Positions 38,601 to 49,900 of a stretch of DNA of 64,000 nt are shown in pieces (the first letter of the stretch is position 1; every line of letters begins with the position of its first letter). The notes under the pieces were generated by a model. The model was not told the origin of the DNA and made no database searches. It was given only the letters and a program-made list of their open reading frames with translations. This stretch comes from Phyllobates terribilis (lineage: Eukaryota), in the NCBI RefSeq assembly GCF_046119375.1, contig NW_027362768.1, positions 386,570,001-386,634,000 on the forward strand. Reading direction: 5' to 3'. Both the position numbers and the translations under genes were made by a program.

Positions 38601-41600
38601 CGTCCCCCCTCTCGTCTCTGTGGCTCCCGTCCGTCCCCCCTCTCGTCTCTGTGGCTCCCGTCCGTCCCCCCTCTCGTCTCTGTGGCTCCCGTCCGTCCCC
38701 CCTCTCGTCTCTGTGGCTCCCGTCCGTCCCCCCTCTCGTCTCTGTGGCTCCCGTCCGTCCCCCCTCTCGTCTCTGTGGCTCCCGTCCGTCCCCCCTCTCG
38801 TCTCTGTGGCTCCCGTCCGTCCCCCCTCTCGTCTCTGTGGCTCCCGTCCGTCCCCCCTCTCGTCTCTGTGGCTCCCGTCCGTCCCCCCTCTCGTCTCTGT
38901 GGCTCCCGTCCGTCCCCCCTCTCGTCTCTGTGGCTCCCGTCCCCCCCCCCCTCTCGTCTCTGTGGCTCCCGTCCCCCCCCCCCCCTCTCGTCTCTGTGGC
39001 TCCCGTCCCCCCTCCCTCTCGTCTCTGTGGCTCCCGTCCCCCCCCCCCCTCTCGTCTCTGTGGCTCCCGTCCCCCCCCCCTCTCGTCTCTGTGGCTCCCG
39101 TCCCCCCTCCCTCTCGTCTCTGTGGCTCCCGTTCCCCTGCCCCCCCCCTTGTCTCTGTGGCTCCCCCCCCCCCCTCTCGTCTCTGTGGCTCCCGTCCCCC
39201 CCCCCCCCTCGTCTCTGTGGCTCCCGTCCCCCCTCCCTCTCGTCTCTGTGGCTCCCCCCCCCCCTCTCGTCTCTGTGGCTTCCGTTCCCCTGCCCCCCCC
39301 CTTGTCTCTGTGGCTCCCGTCCCCTCCTCGTCTCTGTAGCTGACATTTGGGCAGAGCCCGGACTCTTCACGCTTTTCTCGCCCCCAGGGTTCCCGTCCAG
39401 TATATAATTGGAGAATGGGACTTCCTGGATCTGACGTTAGAAATGAGACCCCCGGTGCTGATCCCGCGGCCGGAGACGGAGGTAAGAGAGGAATGCGAGG
39501 GGTTTCTTTGCTGCCTCGTCTGCTGCATTGCGTCACTGCTACAGCTGGAGTCTGAAGTCTACCGCCCGCGTCATTAGAGACTCTGTTTCCTGCTCCTCCC
39601 TTTCATACTTTACACTGCAGCTCTGCTCCATTTCGGAGGTCCACCTCTCCAAGAGAGAGGGGCCTCAATAAGAGGGAGGAGTCTGGAGAGAAGCCGCCGG
39701 TCGCCTGTCCAGTATGGCTGCTGTAGTGATGTTGTTTCTCTGATGCAGGAGCTCGTGGGGCTGGTGGTGGCCGCCTGCGCGGAGCTGCACCATTCTGCTG
39801 GGGCCTCCGTCCTAGAGGTCGGCTGTGGATCAGGAGCCGTGTCCTTGGCGTTACTCCGGAGGATCCCGCAGGTAAAGGTGGGCGTCCGCCATGACGCCGG
39901 CACTCTATCCCTCCTCCGCTGTATCCTGTGATGAGCGGAGCCTCCGCCATGACGCCGGCGCTCTCTGTCCCTCCTCCGCTGTATCCTGTGATGAGCGGAG
40001 CCTCCGCCATGACGCCGGCACTCTATCCCTCCTCCGCTGTATCCTGTGATGAGCGGAGCCTCCGCCATGACGCCGGCGCTCTCTGTCCCTCCTCCGCTGT
40101 ATCCTGTGATGAGCGGAGCCTCCGCCATGACGCCGGCGCTCTATCCCTCCTCCGCTGTATCCTGTGATGAGCGGAGCCTCCGCCATGACGCCGGCGCTCT
40201 ATCCCTCCTCCGCTGTATCCTGTGATGAGCGGAGCCTCACACATGACGCCTGCGCTCTCTATCCCTCCTCCGTTGTATCCTGTGATGAGCGGAGCCTCCG
40301 CCATGACGCCGGCGCTCTCTGTCCCTCCTCCGCTGTATCCTGTGATGAGCGGAGCCTCCGCCATGACGCCGGCGCTCTCTGTCCCTCCTCCGCTCCCCGG
40401 ATTTACCCTCTGCCTCCTCGTGTCTCTTAGGTGCGCGTCATTGCTGTAGATAAGTCGGAGGCCGCTGTGCGTCTGACCCGGGATAACGCCGAGAGGTAGG
40501 TCCCTGAACGAGGACCGAATAGCCGAGCTCCGCTGCAGCTCCTGACTCTGTGCCTCCTTCCTCCAGGCTCGGCCTCCAGCACAGACTTGACCTCCTGCAG
40601 CACGACGTACTGACCGGTGAGAAGTGGACGCTCCGCAGCGCGGCGTCTCCTCTGATGATTGTCCCAGTACTTCTTTTTAGGGCCCTGAGAAACACTTTCT
40701 TGGGGGATAACTTCCATCATGGTTTTCATTGTAGAATTGACATTTTATGAGGCAGTGTGTCCTCCCAGCATGCTGAGAGTTGTAGTGTCACAGGGATTGT
40801 ATGCGGTGTGTTGGTCTGCAGCTTGTGTCCTCCCAGCATGCTGAGAGTTGTAGTGTCACAGGGATTGTATGCGGTGTGTTGGTCTGCAGCGTGCGTCCTC
40901 CCAGCATGCTGAGAGTTGTAGTGTCACAGGGATTGTATGCGGTGTGTTAATCTGCAGCGTGCGTCCTCCCAGCATGCTGAGAGTTGTAGTGCAACAGGGA
41001 TTGTATGCGGTGTGTTAATCTGCAGCGTGCGTCCTCCCAGCATGCTGAGAGTTGTAGTGTCACAGGGATTGTATGCGGTGTGTTAATCTGCAGCGTGCGT
41101 CCTCCCAGCATGCTGAGAGTTGTAGTGTCACAGGGATTGTATGCAGTGTTTTGGTCTGCAGCTTGCGTCCTCCCAGCATGCTGAGAGTTGTAGTGTCACA
41201 GGGATTGTATGCGGTGTGTTGGTCTGCAGCTTGCGTCCTCCCAGCATGCTGAGAGTTGTAGTGTCACAGGGATTGTATGCGGTGTGTTGGTCTGCAGCTT
41301 GCGTCCTCCCAGCATGCTGAGAGTTGTAGTGCAACAGGGATTGTATGCGGTGTGTTAATCTGCAGCGTGCGTCCTCCCAGCATGCTGAGAGTTGTAGTGT
41401 CACAGGGATTGTATGCGGTGTGTTGGTCTGCAGTGTTCGTCCTCCCAGCATGCTGAGAGTTGTAGTGTCACAGGGATTGTATGCGGTGTGTTAATCTGCA
41501 GCGTGCATCCTCCCAGCATGCTGAGAGTTGTAGTGCAACAGGGATTGTATGCGGTGTGTTAATCTGCAGCGTGCGTCCTCCCAGCATGCTGAGAGTTGTA

Positions 41601-43364
41601 GTGTCACAGGGATTGTATGCAGTGTTTTGGTCTGCAGCTTGCGTCCTCCCAGCATGCTGAGAGTTGTAGTGTCACAGGGATTGTATGCAGTGTTTTGGTC
41701 TGCAGCTTGCGTCCTCCCAGCATGCTGAGAGTTGTAGTGTCACAGGGATTGTATGCGGTGTGTTGGTCTGCAGCTTGCGTCCTCCCAGCATGCTGAGAGT
41801 TGTAGTGTCACAGGGATTGTATGCGGTGTGTTGGTCTGCAGCTTGCGTCCTCCCAGCATGCTGAGAGTTGTAGTGTCACAGGGATTGTATGCGGTGTATT
41901 GGTCTGCAGTGTTCGTCCTCCCAGCATGCTGAGAGTTGTAGTGTCACAGGGATTGTATGCGGTGTGTTGGTCTGCAGCGTGCGTCCTCCCAGCATACTGA
42001 GAGTTGTAGTGTCACAGGGATTGTATGCAGTGTTTTGGTCTGCAGCTTGCGTCCTCCCAGCATGCTGAGAGTTGTAGTGTCACAGGGATTGTATGCGGTG
42101 TGTTGGTCTGCAGCTTGCGTCCTCCCAGCATGCTGAGAGTTGTAGTGTCACAGGGATTGTATGCGGTGTATTGGTCTGCAGTGTTCGTCCTCCCAGCATG
42201 CTGAGAGTTGTAGTGTCACAGGGATTGTATGCAGTGTTTTGGTCTGCAGCTTGCGTCCTCCCAGCATGCTGAGAGTTGTAGTGCCACAGGGATTGTATGC
42301 GGTGTGTTGGTCTGCAGCTTGCGTCCTCCCAGCATGCTGAGAGTTGTAGTGCCACAGGGATTGTATGCCGTGTGGTGCTGACCTCTTCTCTCACAACGCA
42401 GATCCCATAGAGCGACTTCTGGATCTGGGGGCCGTGTCTGCGGTGGTCAGTAACCCGCCCTATATATGCACAGAGGACATGAGTCAGCTGGAGCCGGAGA
42501 TCCTCAGGTGGGTGCTGTATGGGGTCGGGGGGGGGGGTCTATCCGTACCCCCTATTATTAGCCTGAGCTATTCCAGCCTGTACCACGTCTCTAGATATGA
42601 AGACCACTCGGCATTGCACGGGGGTCTCGATGGGATGGATGTGATGAAGGGGATCCTACGTCTTGCACCGCTCCTTCTAAAGGACGGGGGGTAAGTGACC
42701 TTATAGCGACTTCTGCAGTTTATGGGGGGGAGATTGGGATGTTCAGGGTCTCCAATGTCGTCTGTTCCTTCATTTTCCAGGGATGTTTTTCTGGAGGGGG
42801 ATCCTCGGCATCCTGAGATGGTGAAAAAATGGCTGGAAGACCACCCAGACGGGCGACTCCAGCTCCTGAAGACAGTGCTGGATTTCTGCGGCAAGTAAGT
42901 GTCAGGGAAGGAGGTATTGCTGCATGTGAGGTGGCGGCGGCTGTGTGTGCAGACCCGTCACTGTGCCCCATAATGTGCCCCATATTGCGCCAGGTTTGCC
43001 AATAACCCGCCGTGCACTAATCATTCACAGGTCACTTGTAGCACTTTGTAACTCTATTACCCCCCAAAATAAGGCGCACATAAGACGGGGACCACTTGTC
43101 CTCAGGCTGCCCTCCACTGTGTGGTCATGGGGTCACCTGCCTTGTTATAAGGGACTCCAATGACAACCTGCTGGAATGGCGAGGGGCAGGGTGAGCCCTG
43201 CGGGCGGAGGGCAGCCCCCCACAGTGCCCACCTGTGTAACATACAGCGTCTATCCACACTTATACATCTCATTGTTCCTGTCCGGCCGCCATGTCTGACA
43301 TCTGTTCTTTTCCATCCTCAGGCCTCGCTTCATCCATCTACGTAGACAAAGCTCCGCGCACTGA
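35632..43364 (+). CDS. HEMK1: HemK methyltransferase family member 1 (mitochondrial release factor N5-glutamine methyltransferase), 324 aa; join(35632..35823,36338..36429,39388..39481,39749..39871,40431..40495,40567..40616,42402..42507,42595..42690,42781..42894,43322..43364)
   Basis: Ten GT-AG-bounded exons give 975 nt in frame. Motifs: [22 protein letters not shown] motif [29 protein letters not shown]. Confidence 0.95.
35875..36215. repeat. Purine-rich 24-27-bp minisatellite (HEMK1 intron)
   Basis: GGA(A)G(A)AGACGAGGACAGAGGGGG(T/C)CT repeats. Confidence 0.9.
36941..37040. repeat. 33-bp unit x3
   Basis: GTGTGAGGGGCGCGACGCCTCCGCGCGTGCAGA. Confidence 0.9.
37150..39340. repeat. C-rich ~31-bp minisatellite (HEMK1 intron)
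   Basis: Unit CTCGTCTCTGTGGCTCCCGTCCGTCCCCCCT; homogeneous core at about 37930-38930 with variable C-runs at the edges. Confidence 0.96.
39883..40395. repeat. 59/61-bp minisatellite filling a HEMK1 intron
   Basis: CCGCCATGACGCCGGC(A/G)CTCT(CTG/A)TCCCTCCTCCGCTGTATCCTGTGATGAGCGGAGCCT. Confidence 0.94.
40758..42368. repeat. 68-bp satellite, about 24 copies (HEMK1 intron)
   Basis: Unit TCCTCCCAGCATGCTGAGAGTTGTAGTGTCACAGGGATTGTATGCGGTGTGTTGGTCTGCAGCTTGCG. Confidence 0.97.
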
Positions 43365-43561
43365 CACCGCAGAAACCGGGACAAGTCACTAGTGAGGTAC
43401 CTATCCCTCCATACTGGTGTATCTCAGCCATGTGCACTGACACCGGGACAAGTCACTAGTGAGGTACCTATCCCTCCATACTGGTGTATCTCAGTCATGT
43501 GCACTGACACCGGGACAAGTCACTAGTGAGGTACCTATCCCTCCATACTGGTGTATCTCAG
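43360..43561. repeat. 67-bp unit x~3 at the start of the HEMK1 3' UTR
   Basis: CACTGACACCGGGACAAGTCACTAGTGAGGTACCTATCCCTCCATACTGGTGTATCTCAG(C/T)CATGTG. Confidence 0.9.
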
Positions 43562-43904
43562 CTCCAGGAAATGAGAATGCTTTACTGATAGTGATGCATC
43601 ATGGGAAGAAACATGAAATATGTCTGGAGCATGTGTTGCCCAGATATAGATGAAGCCCCCTCTACATCATCACCCCAGGATTCCAGAAATCAGAAGACGC
43701 AGCAGTCAGTCCGCCTGATGTACACTGAGCATCAACGACGCTGATATAGTTAATCATTTCTTATTAGGTATATTATGACTGATCAGACCCAGCACAAGGG
43801 GGCAGAGCTGACAACCTCTCACACATGTATACAGGCAGGATGTCAGCAGTGATGGCTGAGGAGCTGGTGCTGTAGTATGAGGTGTGTGGTCTGATCAGTG
43901 AATT

Positions 43905-46900
43905 GTGGCCCTGCAGTTTTCTATCCTCCTCTGTGTCCATCTAATCCTGCGGCCCCGTAGTTTTCTCCCTCCTCTGCGTCCATCTAATCCTGCAGCCCCA
44001 CAGTTTTCTGTCCTCCTCTGTGTCCATCTAATCCTGCGGCCCACAGTTTTCTGTCCTCCTCTGCGTCCATCTAATCCTGCGGCCCCACAGTTTTCTGTCC
44101 TCCTCTGCGTCCATCTAATTCTGCGGCGCCACAGTTTTCTCTCCTCTGTGTCCGTCTTCCCCACGGCCCTGTAGACTTCTCTCCTCCTCTGTGTCCGTCT
44201 TCCCCACGGCCCCGTAGTTTTCTCTCCTCCTCTGTGTCCATCTAATCCTGCGGCCCCGTAGTTTTCTCTCCTCTGTGTCCATCTAATCCTGCGGCCCCGT
44301 AGTTTTCTCTCCTCCTCTGTGTCCATCTAATCCTGCGGCCCCGTAGTTTTCTCTCCCCCTCTGTGTCTGTCTTCCCTGCGGCCCCGTAGTTTTCTCTCCT
44401 CCTTCTCCTTTGCGTCCATCTTCCCCGCAGCCCTGTAGTTTTATCTCCTCCTTTGCGTCCATCTTCCCCGCAGCCCTGTAGTTTTCTCTCCTCCTCTGTG
44501 TCCATCTAATCCTGCGGCCCCACAGTTTTCTCTCCTCCTCTGTGTCCATCTAATCCTGCGGCCCCACAGTTTTCTCTCCTCCTCTGTGTCCATCTAATCC
44601 TGTGGCCCCACAGTTTTCTCTCCTCCTCTGTGTCCATCTAATCCTGCGGCCCCACAGTTTTCTCTCCTCCTCTGCGTCCATCTTATCCTGCGGCCCCGTA
44701 GTTTTCTCTCCTCTGTGTCCATCTAATCCTGCGGCCCCACAGTTTTCTCTCCTCCTCTGCGTCCATCTAATCCTGCGGCCCCGTAGTTTTCTCTCCTCCT
44801 CTGTGTCCATCTAATCCTGCGGCCCCACAGTTTTCTGTCCTCCTCTGTGTCCATCTAATCCTGCGGCCCCGTAGTTTTCTCTCCTCTGTGTGTGTCTTCC
44901 CCACGGCCCTGTAGACTTCTCTCCTCTGTGTCCGTCTTCCCCACGGCCCCGTAGTTTTCTCTCCTCCTCTGTGTCCATCTAATCCTGCGGCCCCGTAGTT
45001 TTCTGTCCTCCTCTGCGTCCATCTAATCCTGCGGCCCCGTAGTTTTCTCTCCTCTGTGTCCATCTAATCCTGCGGCCCCACAGTTTTCTGTCCTCCTCTG
45101 TGTCCATCTAATCCTGCGGCCCCGTAGTTTTCTCTCCTCCTCTGCGTCCATCTAATTCTGCGGCCCCACAGTTTTCTCTCCTCCTCTGCGTCCATCTAAT
45201 TCTGCGGCCCCACAGTTTTCTGTCCTCCTCTGTGTCCATCTAATCCTGCGGCCCCGTAGTTTTCTCTCCTCTGTGTCCGTCTTCCCCACGGCCCTGTAGA
45301 CTTCTCTCCTCCTCTGTGTCCGTCTTCCCCACGGCCCCGTAGTTTTCTCTCCTCCTCTGTGTCCATCTAATCCTGCGGCCCCGTAGTTTTCTCTCCTCTG
45401 TGTCCATCTAATCCTGCGGCCCCGTAGTTTTCTCTCCTCCTCTGTGTCCATCTAATCCTGCGGCCCCGTAGTTTTCTCTCCCCCTCTGTGTCTGTCTTCT
45501 CTGCGGCCCCGTAGTTTTCTCTCCTCCTCCTCCTTTGCGTCCATCTTCCCCGCAGCCCTGTAGTTTTCTCTCCTCCTCTGTGTCCATCTAATCCTGCGGC
45601 CCCACAGTTTTCTCTCCTCCTCTGTGTCCATCTAATCCTGCGGCCCCACAGTTTTCTCTCCTCCTCTGTGTCCATCTAATCCTGCGGCCCCACAGTTTTC
45701 TGTCCTCCTCTGCGTCCATCTAATCCTGCGGCCCCGTAGTTTTCTCTCCTCTGTGTCCATCTAATCCTGCGGCCCCACAGTTTTCTCTGCTCCTCTGCGT
45801 CCATCTAATCCTGCGGCCCCGTAGTTTTCTCTCCTCCTCTGTGTCCATCTAATCCTGCGGCCCCACAGTTTTCTGTCCTCCTCTGCGTCCATCTAATCCT
45901 GCGGCCCCACAGTTTTCTGTCCTCCTCTGCGTCCATCTAATTCTGCGGCCCCACAGTTTTCTGTCCTCCTCTGTGTCCATCTAATCCTGCGGCCCCGTAG
46001 TTTTCTCTCCTCTGTGTCCGTCTAATCCTGCGGCCCCGTAGTTTTCTCTCCTCCTCTGTGTCCATCTAATCCTGCGGCCCCATAGTTTTCTCTCCTCCTC
46101 TGTGTCCGTCTTCCCCTTGGCCCCATAGTTTTCCCTCCTCCTCCTCCTCCTCCTCCTCCTCCTCCTCCTCCACCTCCACCTCCTCCTCCTCCTTTGCGTC
46201 CATCTTCCCCGCAGCCCCGTAGTTTTCTCTCCCCCTCTGTGTCTGTCTTCCCTGCGGCCCCGTAGTTTTCTCTCCTCCTCCTCCTTTGCGTCCATCTTCC
46301 CCGCAGCCCTGTAGTTTTATCTCCTCCTTTGCGTCCATCTTCCCCGCAGCCCTGTAGTTTTATCTCCTCCTTTGCGTCCATCTTCCCCGCAGCCCTGTAG
46401 TTTTATCTCCTCCTCTGTGTCCGTCTTCCCCTTAGCCCCGTAGTTTTCTCTCCCCCTCTGTGTCTGTCTTCCCTGCGGCCCCGTAGTTTTCTCTCCTCCT
46501 CCTCCTTTGCGTCCATCTTCACCGCAGCCCTGTAGTTTTATCTCCTCCTTTGCGTCCATCTTCCCCGCAGCCCTGTAGTTTTCTCTCCCCCTCTGTGTCT
46601 GTCTTCCCTGCGGCCCCGTAGTTTTCTCTCCTACTACTCCTTTGCGTCCATCTTCACCGCAGCCCCATAGTTTTCTCTCCTCCTCTGTGTCTGTCTTCCC
46701 CTTGGCCCCGTAGTTTTCTCTCCTCCTCTGTGTCTGTTTTCCCTGCGGCCCCGTAGTTTTCTCTCCTCCTCTGTGTCTGTCTTCCCTGCGGCCCCGTAGT
46801 TTTCTCTCCTCCTCCTCTGCGTCCATCTTCACCGCAGCCCCATAGTTTTCTCTCCTCCTCTGTGTCTGTCTTCCCCTTGGCCCCGTAGTTTTCTCTCCTC

Positions 46901-49900
46901 CTCTGTGTCTGTCTTCCCTGCGGCCCCGTAGTTTTCTCTCCTCCTCTGTGTCTGTCTTCCCTGCGGCCCCGTAGTTTTCTCTCCTCCTCCTCCTTTGCGT
47001 CCATCTTCACCGCAGCCCCATAGTTTTCTCTCCTTCTCTGTGTCTGTCTTCCCCTTGGCCCCGTAGTTTTCTCTGCTCCTCTGTGTCTGTCTTCCCTGCG
47101 GCCCCATAGTTTTCTCTCCTCCTCCTCCTTTGCGTCCATCTTCACCACAGCCCCATAGTTTTCTCTCCTCCTCTGTGTCTGTCTTCCCCTTGGCCCCGTA
47201 GTTTTCTCTCCTCCTCTGTGTCTGTCTTCTCTGCGGCCCCGTAGTTTTCTCTCCTCCTCCTCCTTTGCGTCCATCTTCACCGCAGCCCCATAGTTTTCTC
47301 TCCTCTGTGTCCGTCTAATCCTGCGGCCCCGTAGTTTTCTCTCCTCCTCTGTGTCCGTCTAATCCTGCGGCCCCGTAGTTTTCTCTCCTCCTCTGTGTCC
47401 GTCTAATCCTGCGGCCCCGTAGTTTTCTCTCCTCCTCTGTGTCCGTCTTCCCCTCGGCCCCGTAGTTTTCTCTCCTCCTCTGTGTCCGTCTTCTCCGCGG
47501 CCCCGTAGTTTTCTCTCCTCCTCTGTGTCCGTCTAATCCTGCTGCCCCGTAGTTTTCTCTCCTCCTCTGTGTCCGTCTAATCCTGCGGCCCCGTAGTTTT
47601 CTCTCCTCCTCTGTGTCCGTCTTCCCCTCGGCCCCGTAGTTTTCTCTCCTCCTCTGTGTCCGTCTTCTCCGCGGCCCCGTAGTTTTCTCTCCTCCTCTGT
47701 GTCCGTCTTCCCCGCGGCCCCGTAGTTTTCTCTCCTCCTCTGTGTCCGTCTTCCCCGCGGCCCCGTAGTTTTCTCTCCTCCTCTGTGTCCGTCTTCTCCG
47801 CGGCCCCGTAGTTTTCTCTCCTCCTCTGTGTCCGTCTTCCCCGCGGCCCCGTAGTTTTCTCTCCTCCTCTGTGTCCGTCTTCTCCGCGGCCCCGTAGTTT
47901 TCTCTCCTCCTCTGTGTCCGTCTTCTCCGCGGCCCCGTAGTTTTCTCTCCTCCTCTGTGTCCGTCTTCCCCGCGGCCCCGTAGTTTTTTCTCCTCCTCTG
48001 TGTCCGTCTTCCCCGCGGCCCCGTAGTTTTCTCTCCTCTGTGTCCGTCTTCCCCTCGGCCCCGTAGTTTTCTCTCCTCTGTGTCCATCTAATCCTGCGGC
48101 CCCACAGTTTTCTCTGCTCCTCTGCGTCCATCTAATCCTGCGGCCCCGTAGTTTTCTCTCCTCCTCTGTGTCCATCTAATCCTGCGGCCCCACAGTTTTC
48201 TGTCCTCCTCTGCGTCCATCTAATTCTGCGGCCCCACAGTTTTCTGTCCTCCTCTGTGTCCATCTAATCCTGCGGCCCCGTAGTTTTCTCTCCTCTGTGT
48301 CCGTCTAATCCTGCGGCCCCACAGTTTTCTCTCCTCCTCTGTGTCCATCTAATCCTGCGGCCCCATAGTTTTCTCTCCTCCTCTGTGTCCGTCTTCCCCT
48401 TGGCCCCATAGTTTTCCCTCCTCCTCCTGCTCCTCCTCCTCCTCCTCCTCCACCTCCACCTCCTCCTCCTCCTTTGCGTCCATCTTCCCCGCAGCCCCGT
48501 AGTTTTCTCTCCCCCTCTGTGTCTGTCTTCCCTGCGGCCCCGTAGTTTTCTCTCCTCCTCCTCCTTTGCGTCCATCTGCCCCGCAGCCCTGTAGTTTTAT
48601 CTCCTCCTTTGCGTCCATCTTCCCCGCAGCCCTGTAGTTTTATCTCCTCCTCTGTGTCCGTCTTCCCCTTAGCCCCGTAGTTTTCTCTCCCCCTCTGTGT
48701 CTGTCTTCCCTGCGGCCCCGTAGTTTTCTCTCCTCCTCCTCCTTTGCGTCCATCTTCACCGCAGCCCTGTAGTTTTATCTCCTCCTTTGCGTCCATCTTC
48801 CCCGCAGCCCTGTAGTTTTATCTCCTCCTCTGTGTCCGTCTTCCCCTTAGCCCCGTAGTTTTCTCTCCTCCTCTGTGTCTGTCTTCCCCTTGGCCCCGTA
48901 GTTTTCTCTCCTCCTCTGTGTCTGTTTTCCCTGCGGCCCCGTAGTTTTCTCTCCTCCTCTGTGTCTGTCTTCCCTGCGGCCCCGTAGTTTTCTCTCCTCC
49001 TCCTCTGCGTCCATCTTCACCGCAGCCCCATAGTTTTCTCTCCTCCTCTGTGTCTGTCTTCCCCTTGGCCCCGTAGTTTTCTCTCCTCCTCTGTGTCTGT
49101 CTTCCCTGCGGCCCCGTAGTTTTCTCTCCTCCTCTGTGTCTGTCTTCCCTGCGGCCCCGTAGTTTTCTCTCCTCCTCCTCCTTTGCGTCCATCTTCACCG
49201 CAGCCCCATAGTTTTCTCTCCTCCTCCTCCTTTGCGTCCATCTTCACCACAGCCCCATAGTTTTCTCTCCTCCTCTGTGTCTGTCTTCCCCTTGGCCCCG
49301 TAGTTTTCTCTCCTCCTCTGTGTCTGTCTTCCCCTCGGCCCCGTAGTTTTCTCTCCTCCTCTGTGTCCGTCTTCTCCGCGGCCCCGTAGTTTTCTCTCCT
49401 CCTCTGTGTCCGTCTTCTCCGCGGCCCCGTAGTTTTCTCTCCTCCTCTGTGTCCGTCTAATCCTGCTGCCCCGTAGTTTTCTCTCCTCCTCTGTGTCCGT
49501 CTAATCCTGCGGCCCCGTAGTTTTCTCTCCTCCTCTGTGTCCGTCTAATCCTGCGGCCCCGTAGTTTTCTCTCCTCCTCTGTGTCCGTCTTCCCCTCGGC
49601 CCCGTAGTTTTCTCTCCTCCTCCTCCTTTGCGTCCATCTTCACCACAGCCCCATAGTTTTCTCTCCTCCTCTGTGTCTGTCTTCCCCTTGGCCCCGTAGT
49701 TTTCTCTCCTCCTCTGTGTCTGTCTTCTCTGCGGCCCCGTAGTTTTCTCTCCTCCTCCTCCTTTGCGTCCATCTTCACCGCAGCCCCATAGTTTTCTCTC
49801 CTCTGTGTCCGTCTAATCCTGCGGCCCCGTAGTTTTCTCTCCTCCTCTGTGTCCGTCTAATCCTGCGGCCCCGTAGTTTTCTCTCCTCCTCTGTGTCCGT

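Noticed and set aside
25963-39536. Repeat-derived ORFs in the 48-, 13-, 29- and 31-bp arrays
   Set aside because: Intronic tandem repeats with multi-frame openness and no homology motifs.
42608-42628. HEMK1 ALHGG instead of ALDGG as an inactivating change
   Set aside because: This segment varies across the HemK family; the SAM motif I and catalytic NPPY are intact.
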